DNA of 64,000 nucleotides from the NCBI GenBank assembly GCA_951406725.2, contig OX597823.1, positions 27,218,001 through 27,282,000 of the forward strand, written 5' to 3'. This DNA comes from Octopus vulgaris (taxonomy: Eukaryota). This document shows positions 55,300 to 64,000 of this stretch, one piece after another. Each line of letters starts with the position of its first letter. Position 1 is the first letter of the stretch. The position numbers were made by a program, and so were the translations under genes. The notes beneath the pieces were generated by a model. It was not told where the DNA came from. It made no database searches and worked only from the letters and a program-made list of their open reading frames with translations.

Positions 55300-56770
55300 A
55301 GCAGTGTTACTAGTTATAATATACATAGCAAATGTAGTGGGAAATTAAGATAAAAACCAGTCTAGATATTTGGCTTCTACGTACGTTTCCCTATTGCAGC
55401 TACTTGGATCTCAGTATTGGATGTTTCAAGTGCATACTTATTGCATTCTGTTACATTCCTTGATGTGTGCCTCCGTTGCAGACAGAATATAAATGGTTAG
55501 TTGGAGAAACTAGCTATTGACCGATATCGTACCTCTTCTCTCGCTTCTTCTGTAATACTGAATACATTTCTTCGTTTTGCATCCCCTATTCAGCTAAAGA
55601 CAGTGTCTGGTAGCGATGACTTCTATTTTTGAATGCTTGTTGCTTTTCTTCTTCAAGTAGTCTTCAGATGGTCTTTCCACCGCTTGTTTGCTTCTCCAGT
55701 TAGAAGACTGTCGTATAGTTGACCATAGAAGATTCTATGAGGAAGACGTGAGTCAAACACGTACACTATATGATGTCCAAGCCATCTCAACTGAGGTCTG
55801 CTGTGCGGATGAATCTTTTGCGCTATTGGTGTTAGATTTCTGTGTATTTTATCCTATTTCATTAAGAAACTGATAGGATGTTCTGCAGACACTAGATGCT
55901 CAAAGCCTCGAAGACTCTAATGTATCAACTGTAAGAGGTTGGTATCTTGCAGTCATACAGGAGAGTATAGAAACACAACAAAACAGTAGATGAGAACCTG
56001 GGCATGGAGGCGGAGATTGTTATTTAGAAAAGATGTTTTATATTTTATATTTTCCTCGTCTTCTGTGAAATCAACAGAAATTATGTTGCCTTTGTACATG
56101 AATCGAAACGGTGCGGTTGATTGTTACAATTTTGCCGAAAATATGGGGAAGAGTAGAAAACGTGGGAATGTGCCATGAACAAATGATTTCAGATTTTTGG
56201 ATGTTAACTGCCAGATCCATTTTTTCATAAACTGTAAGAAGTGAAACTCAATACTATTAATATTGCTGCACACAGTGAAATCAGATTACTTGGGGAGAGT
56301 TCTTTGGACACAGTTGGTGAATGCTGTACCTTCTGGAAGGTCTCCTCTGAGAGTAGATCTCACCAGCATGATATCGGCTTTGTTATAAGAACTGCTGTCT
56401 AAATCACGAGAGACACTGGTTTATGAGCGTCTAATGCTAGCATCTCTGCCATCTGATATTCAGGAAAAAAGACCAATTTTGTCAGACATTATATTAGTCA
56501 CTGAATAAAATGACAGAAGAAAGTAAAGCCGTCCTGATAACTGACTTTAATGGAAGAGTTTGTTGGTGATAAAAGACACCGGAAGCGAGCAATCGGGGTC
56601 AGTTGTTTGGAGACAATTAACAGCAATGGCATCAAACTAGTTTCTCTATGTTGAAAGCCCGTTTACACCATCACGAATACCATGGTCTAGCAGAAGAATT
56701 AGTACAAAGCTTCAGTGATGCATTTCAGATTGAAACACAGTCATGTTATTAATCACATCAAAGTCAGATT
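55300..56770. mobile_element. Scrambled, old RTE-type LINE fragments on both strands
   Basis: Minus: WLGH and LLY.C motifs (55690-56000); plus: DFNGRV, NSNGIKL, TITNT (56450-56770). Confidence 0.55.
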
Positions 56771-56869
56771 AATATACCCAGCGAAAGAAGACAGGAGACA
56801 ATAAATCTGTTAGGAATGTCAACTGACCGGACAAATGTCCGTTGGATGGATTTTTTTATGCTATAGCCT

Positions 56870-57450
56870 GGTATATAAATGTCATGCCATAACCCAACGC
56901 TGAGACCAGGCTAGGGTCTACATTCGAGGTACTATTGATTTCAAGCGTCTACCAGGCTAACATGAGAGCGTTTTCAAGTGGAGCGTCTTTACTCCCCACT
57001 TTCTTAGCTACATACATACACCATCGCAAATCCCAGGACATTCTTTACACTTTGTTTTGGTCCATAGTTCGTGAGGGCACTCCATACAATGCTAACCATC
57101 GCGTTTGTAATTTATGTTGCAGGAAATTGCTACATATTCTGGGCCATTATAATATCTCATTACTCAATAGGTTATCTAATGATGTAGTCTTCTCCTGTAT
57201 ACATAAGTTCTATTCCACATTTGCTCATTATGGAAAGTCTTTATAATTTCTCCTAATTATAATTTATTCTATTTGTTACTGAATCTCTTTAATTTTTATC
57301 CTATTAAATACCAGTTTTCCTTATTCATTTTATTTTGACATAAATTCCTCCTCCCCTAGAACCCCAGCCTTACTCATTTAACTCAATGATCATTCTGGAT
57401 CTTTGTCTGGTCAGCTGATATTCCTAACTGATTAATGGTTTGCTTTACAA
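56870..57450 (+). mobile_element. Penelope-like element endonuclease C-terminal remnant
   Basis: LATYIH...WSIV....Y....VCNLC..KL.HIL...LLN.....SC.HKF; same type as the 41760 element. Confidence 0.65.
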
Positions 57451-58429
57451 TATATTTATCAACCCTGACGTCTCCTTTCGTTATAAGCTGATTTTTAACT
57501 TTTTCTTCTCTTACTCTCTTATTCTCTTTAGTTTTTCTCTACTTCTTCCTTCTTATGTTCTAGAAGTTGTTCTTCCACCTTGTTCCCTCACCCTTGATCT
57601 TGTTGATCTTGTTCTGATTCCTCTCTGCTTTTAACCGTTTATTTTTGCTTGTGCTACTATATCAGCCGCATTTGCTAATCTTCTCTTGTAACAGAACTTA
57701 TTGTCGTGTGTCATTCTCTATTCTATTCTCCATATTCTGTGCTCAGAATTTATGTTTAGATGCTTTTGAGCACTACTAAGTGTTTTTTGTACAGAGCATA
57801 CCCAGCTCTCACCTACTGGCACTGTGTGCGTGTGTATATATGTGTGTGTATAAATATATATACATGTGTGTGTGTGAGTAATTATATACACATATGTGTA
57901 CTACACAATCGGACACCTACGTGCACACACACACACACGCGCATATGAACACACAATTATAAATGTATGTATCACTATATATGCATGTGTGGGTAGAGAG
58001 TTGATGAATTATATGCGTTTGTTCGTGTATTAATATTTTCGAATATTTATAAGCAACGACTATATACGCTTTATGTTTACAAAAACAGCAGCGAAAATTT
58101 TAAACACAAATATAGCAAAAATTAAAACTAAAACAGGTATGATTAAATTAAATTGCACACAACATGATGCATATTAAGACTATCAGTTTAAACAAAACAA
58201 CAACAGAAACGACACGAATAACAACTACTACAGCCAACAACAGCAATAATAACAACAAATATTGGTTTGCACTCGGTTTAATAATGAACACCTCTGATAA
58301 GTAAATTTACGAAAATGTAAAATTTAACGTCATTTTCTAAACTAGATTTCCACTGAATATTTGATGAAGAAAATAAAAGCTCAAGTTGTTTTTTGTTTCG
58401 TTTTCTTTTTGCATTTATTGGTTTCAGAT

Positions 58430-58615
58430 TTTGGCATCAAACCAACAATTTTATTGAAGTGGGTAAGTCGATTATCTCGGCTTCCAGTGTTTCGATTCCG
58501 AAGCGATGAAAGGCAAAGTTGACCCCCCGGTGTTTATACTTATAATGTAAAGTTGGAAGAAATGCCTCTAAGCATTTAATCCGTGGTGGCAACGAATCTG
58601 TCAGATTGCCGCCTC
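58430..58615 (-). mobile_element. SINE family B, old copy
   Basis: GATGAAAGGCAAAGTTGAC...AAGCATT..ATCCG..GCCGCCT. Confidence 0.65.
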
Positions 58616-58926
58616 TTCTATTTTATTTATTAAATTTCGATTCGATACCAAAGAAAAAATAATGTATTCATATATTTCTTTGTGCGATTATTTCCAAGTC
58701 ATTGAAATTATTATTTTTTATTTGATAAATGAATAAATAAATGAATGGAAATACAGATATCTTTTACGTAACTTTAATATGGATGTCATCTCAGAATTCA
58801 CTTTTAATATTGAAACAGTTTTATTTCAATTTGAACTCATCATGAATGAGTATAGTTTCGGCTGAAGATGTCGGAAGAAAAGTAATATATTTTCGGAGTT
58901 ATCTTCTGTATTTAGCCATTTACTAA

Positions 58927-58958
<32 letters not shown>

Positions 58959-58959
58959 A

Positions 58960-61209
58960 ACAACTGAACGTATAGATCCTAAAATAATTAATTTATCAAA
59001 AAGAGATCTTGACAATGATGAAATCCAACTTCTGTCAAAAGGACTGAAATTCACACCTACACCAACAGCCAACCACCAAGAATTAAAGGAGGATATCCAA
59101 AAATTCTGTCGAAAATTACGACTTGTAGAATTCTTCGCTAACAAAAGTAATGAGATTGATGAATCCCTAGTAAGGAATAAATCAAATTTCACCCCACCAA
59201 AAGGAAGAAATAACTACCTTGACCAATACATTGATATCCTGTCTAAATTTCCCCTTAGACGCAATACCAATGTTAGGCCAAACATTAGCAAATCAGAGAT
59301 GTCTGCATGTAAACGTATACAAAACGATCAAACAATAATAATTAAACAAGCAGATAAAGGTGGTGCAATTGTTATTATGGATACCGAATACTATAAGGAT
59401 TTGGTTGAAGACCAACTGAAGGATACAACCTTCTATTGTGAAATACCCGCAAATATAGACCACCACATCATGAAAAAGATCAACAACCTGATTTCAACAC
59501 ACCACAACTCACTTACGGATAATGAAAAAGACTACATCACCAATTTTGAACCAAAACCCAGCAACTTCTACGGCTTACCAAAAATACACAAATCAAAAAA
59601 CATTCAACAGGCAGTAAAAGAACAAGAAAGTGAGTACATAAAATTATTACATCCAAAAGACCTAAAACTTAGACCTATTATAGCTGGTCCAGCATGCCCT
59701 ACACACCGTCTAAGCAATTTTATTGACATTGTTTTGAAACCACTATGTACTTACATACCAAGTTTCATCAGGGATGACATCGACTTCCTGTCCCATCTTC
59801 CCAAAACAACAGAAACAAATTCAGTTTTGCTAAGTTTTGATGTGGTAAGCCTCTACACCAATATTCCACACGATTTAGGAATAAAGGCGATTAAATACTG
59901 GTTAGAAAAACATAGAGAAGTGATTCCCAGCAGATTCACAGTGCCATTTATATTAGACACAGTCAAACTTATTCTAGAAAATAACACATTCTTCTTCAAT
60001 GGAAAGAATTACATCCAAATTAGAGGCACGGCGATGGGAACGAGGTTTGCTCCCGTTTACGCCAACTCTGTAATGGGATACTTAGAAGAACAACTCTACC
60101 AAGAGGTGGAGGTAAACTATGGCACTGGATTTAGAAAGTAGATTGAAAAGGCATGGAAGAGATACCTAGACGACTGTTTCATAATCTGGACAGAATCTCT
60201 AAATACTCTGGAAGAGTTCAATATCCTCCTGAACAACCTACACCCATCTCTCAAATTTACAAAGGAGATGAGTAGTACCAAATTACCATTCCTGGATATA
60301 ATGGTAATTAAAAAAGACACCACCATCACCACAGATATATACTATAAACACACAGACACACATCAATACCTAAATTTTAAGTCGTGCCATCCACCACATA
60401 CAAAACGTAACATCCCATACTGCCTAGCCAGAAGAATTTGTACTATTGTAGAAGATGCAAATATCAGGAACAAACGCCTAATAGAACTAAGAGAATTTTT
60501 GCTCAAACAAAAATACCCATCTCTACTTATAGAAAATGGCATACAGCGGGCTATAAAAATACCTATACAACAACTTAGGACAACCCAAGGAAGAGGAAAA
60601 CAAGAACAAGTCATACCATTCATAGTGACACACAACCCATGTCACCAGAATATCTTCAACATTGCCAAAGCAAACCTACCAATCATTGCCCAAAGTAATG
60701 AATTAAAAGACATAATCAAGGATCGAGCTATGGTGCTTAGTAAAAGACAGCCTAAAAACTTGAAAACATTACTAACAAAGGCAAAATTTGACCTCAGCAA
60801 CAAAGACCAAACATTCACGGTATCTAAATGCAATGATAGCCGATGTGGCACATGCCAATTCATACATACCGGTCAATATATAAACACAAAAACCGGGAAA
60901 ATATTCACAAACGCGAATATGAACTGCAAAAGCAGAAATTTAATTTACTGCATCAAATGCCCAAATTGTGAAGAAATATATGTAGGTCAGACGGGAAACG
61001 CACTATTAGAACGCTCACGTGTACACCGGCAACAGATTAGAGACCCAGAGGTCCGTCAGATACCTTTGAGTAACCACCTAGCAACATGTGGTCGGAAAAT
61101 ATATATAATATTTCCATTCTACAAATTACACAGCCCAAGTGAAATCGAGAGGAAAATCAGAGAAAAGAATTTTATTGATAAATTCGAACCCAAGCTAAAT
61201 AAGCAATAA
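58960..61209 (+). pseudogene. PLE polyprotein (RT + GIY-YIG endonuclease) with a single premature TAG at 60139-60141
   Basis: INLS..KGLKFTP, ADKGG, FYGLPKIHK, RPII, FDVVSLYTNIP, GTAMG, RYLDD, FLD, Cx4Cx2C linker, LIYCIKCPNC..IYVGQT; all in one frame. Confidence 0.93.
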
Positions 61210-61703
61210 TAATAATACTTAGAGGTATTACTTCCACTGCTACGACCATGACCACTAACAACAACAACAATACTAAAGGTGATCAAGACGAAGATAGCAG
61301 GAAAATTAGCTTATTTAGGGTTAAAAGTTCTATTGCCACCACCATCACCACTAGCAACAATAATTAAGGTGCTAACAATGATGATGATGACAATTGAAAT
61401 ATAAAAATATAAAAATCTCTGACAAAGGATATTTACAACATTTCTAAAAATAACCCAACAATTGCTGCTTCGGCCAGGGTCAAGATACAGGACTCTTGAC
61501 CTGTCCAACAAAGCGTGATGCCTAAACCAATCAGCTCAACCAACCAATCAGCTTAAGTAATTGAGTGATACTACACACTGATTGGTCAGAATACAGTTTG
61601 CAAAACCTAGCACTCTGGAGCCTACCCAGCTGTATTTATAGCACAGAATCACTCATCTTGCTACAGTCAAAAATTGTGAAGCATGACTGTCAACACTACT
61701 ACA

Positions 61704-61748
61704 TGAACCCGAAGATTGCAGAATTCAATGCATGAAAGTACTAGTTCA
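61704..61748 (+). ncRNA. Minimal type I hammerhead motif (U4C variant) in the PLE pLTR
   Basis: Helix I TGAAC/GTTCA; CCGAAGA; helix II TGCA/TGCA; GAAA; palindromic helix III AGTACT; CUA site. Confidence 0.7.
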
Positions 61749-61880
61749 ATCAGAATGAATATTTAACATTCTACTATTTCATTTTATTTTATTCAATTAT
61801 AATATATTATCTTATAATATATCATTATAAGATTGTAAATAAAACGTGAAAATCAGACAAGGTTGGAATTCTTTTTATTA

Positions 61881-61952
<72 letters not shown>

Positions 61953-62222
61953 GTATGTATGTAAGTATATATATATATATATATATATACATATATATAT
62001 ACACAGACATACACACGCACATACATATATATATATGTATATATAGAGAGAGAGGGGGAGGGAGTAGAAAGAGAGAGATAAAATGGATATTTAAACATTC
62101 ATGTATGTATATGCATGTTCACGGGGTTAAGCCGTTTCTGGATGCAAAACCACTGATCATCACTCTATGACTGGATATAGACTTAACTAGTTATAAATAC
62201 ATTACTGTTCCATGATTTAGAG

Positions 62223-62510
62223 CAGTGGTTCTCAAACTGGGATCCGCGGTCTTCTACGGGACCACGAAACGATTGTAAGGGGACCGCGAAGGGACGCTGA
62301 AATTTCATGAAAAAGAGCTGGCTTGAGACAGTTAAGTTTAAAACTTTCAAGTCTCTCAGTTTTTAGCAAGCTCTAAGCCTTTTCTTGTCGTTGGCTTCAA
62401 AAACCCACGCCACTCCTGCACACTCATTTGCTAACAACTTGTTGTACAACAAATGTGATTGGCCAATAGAAAATATGCGGGTATAACGGTTGGTCGTGCA
62501 TGAGTTGTCA
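62223..62510. mobile_element. hAT-Charlie-like DNA transposon end fragment
   Basis: Begins CAGTGGTTCTCAAACTGGG after TTTAGAG, a typical hAT-Charlie terminus; other end not found. Confidence 0.5.
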
Positions 62511-62523
62511 GTATTTTTCGTTT

Positions 62524-62748
62524 GAAGGCGGCGAGCTGGCACAAACGTTAGCACGCCGGGCGAAATGCTTAGCAGTATTTCGTCTGCCGTTAAGTTCTGA
62601 GTTCAAATTCCGCCGAGGTCGACTTTGCCTTTCATCCTTTCGGGGTCGATAAATTAAGTACCAGTTACGCACTGGGGTCGATATAATCGACTTAATCCGT
62701 TTGTTTGTCCTCTCTGTGTTTAGCCCCTTGTGGGTAGTAAAGAAATAG
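62524..62748 (+). mobile_element. tRNA-derived SINE family B, full length, young
   Basis: A box GAGCTGGCACAAACG, B box GAGTTCAAATTCC; 13-bp TSD GTATTTTTCGTTT (62511-62523 and 62749-62761). Confidence 0.92.
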
Positions 62749-64000
62749 GTATTTTTCGTTTCTCGTTTGTTTTGTAATCAGTTGATTAACTGATTCCCCA
62801 TATTTTCATGCGCATCTATTGTATCCCAATGGTGAATTGCCTGGATTAAGTCGTGGTTTTAAGGGTTGCGGGTCTATGGGCAGTGTGGTTGATTGTCCGA
62901 AAATTACGGTACATGAATGTATATCATTTTTACCATGTTGATTATCCTGCGTTTTATTGGGGATTGCGAATCAGAAAAAAAACTGTAAGGGAATTGGTTT
63001 TAATCTCCATTATCGTCTCTTACGGCTATCGTCATCATCGCATGCTAACTAGAAAAACGAACCTAAAAAAATTTGGTCGAACATACTGAAAGAAAATTGA
63101 ATTGTCATGGTATAAAAAATTCCAAACGCATAGAAAAATCGGAAAAGTAAATATTTGTTCATTGAAGTGCATTCCTTAATTAGCTGGTTGTGTTCAGTTT
63201 TAATGAACTGCTTAACTAGTTTACAAAACCGAAAAGAAGAAAAAAGACTGTCGTACCATTGAAGGCGAATAAAAAATAACCGGAAGCTAAAACATAGACA
63301 AATTGTTTTATGAATGCTTTGCATCAAAGATCATTATCTCCATTCACTATAAATAAATTGGATTTAAATGAGCAAATTATTGCCCGTATACGGAATTGCT
63401 ATATCAAAGGTGACTCCACTGATCTGCCTACCTTCGATTTCCAAGTGAGTGTTCGAGTGTTGCAATTCTGTCAGTAGCATTGCATATCATCTCTAATTAC
63501 GACAATGGAATAGCCAAATCTAGTTTTTTACTTCTACGAGTGTTTAGTTATCACTTTTTTGCCTCAGGATAAAACCTATTCGATATCAAATTTCTTCCCA
63601 GTGAGATATACATCTAACTTCTCTCACGTGTCTTAACCTGCACAATTTAAATTAACTCAGCAAATGGAACAATATAATGGTTAAAATCTACAAGGTATGT
63701 AACGTTGATAGCCTTATCATATCAAAGTTGTAATGTAATCCCTGTAAATATTAATTATTAGCAACGACACTGTATTTCATTTTGCAGCCAAGTATATTAA
63801 AGGTTTCCAAATCAATATTTTATCTGACATTTTGTGTTAACAGTGCGATATTCTCATTTTTGAGGGATAGGGTCTTCGCATTTTTTATTTCCTCATTTTC
63901 ATTCGATCTATAGTGTATCCCTCGATAATATAATTCCTGTACAAACACTATTCATTTATCAGCTTCCTTGTATGTTTATACATGAATATCCGTGTTCCAC

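Larger units (their letters stand above)
58960..61870 (+). mobile_element. Penelope-like retroelement (Neptune/Naiad-like), 5'-truncated, bounded by (TA)n
   Basis: RT + GIY-YIG frame followed by a 3' non-coding pLTR with a hammerhead motif. Confidence 0.92.

Noticed and set aside
60139-60141. In-frame stop in the PLE ORF as possible selenocysteine recoding (known in Naiad PLEs)
   Set aside because: The codon is TAG, not TGA, and is not at an obvious Cys position; no SECIS recognised.

Overview
AT-rich, microsatellite-saturated eukaryotic DNA, most likely an octopus (cephalopod) intron or intergenic region; this is inferred from the tRNA-derived SINE families. No intact host gene can be supported, and almost all listed ORFs are translated simple repeats. 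The real content is a dense patchwork of mobile elements: (1) a full-length decayed mellifera-type mariner; (2) a full-length Tx1/L1-clade LINE flanked on both sides by (GATA)n, plus older relatives; (3) several R4/Dong-type RLE LINE copies and a non-autonomous element in (AAT)n tracts; (4) a nearly intact Penelope-like element (PLE; RT + GIY-YIG) and PLE remnants at (TA)n; (5) CR1 and RTE fragments, Helitrons and three SINE families. Most notable observations: seven type-I hammerhead ribozyme motifs (two with a canonical core, five with recurring U4C or A6U-type core variants); an HDV-like ribozyme fold in the (AAT)n-associated non-autonomous element; two SINE-LINE 3'-tail partnerships visible inside the window; apparent partitioning of microsatellite targets among retroelement clades; and repeated fold-back palindromes at (TA)n. 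All structures were read by eye and none was computed.
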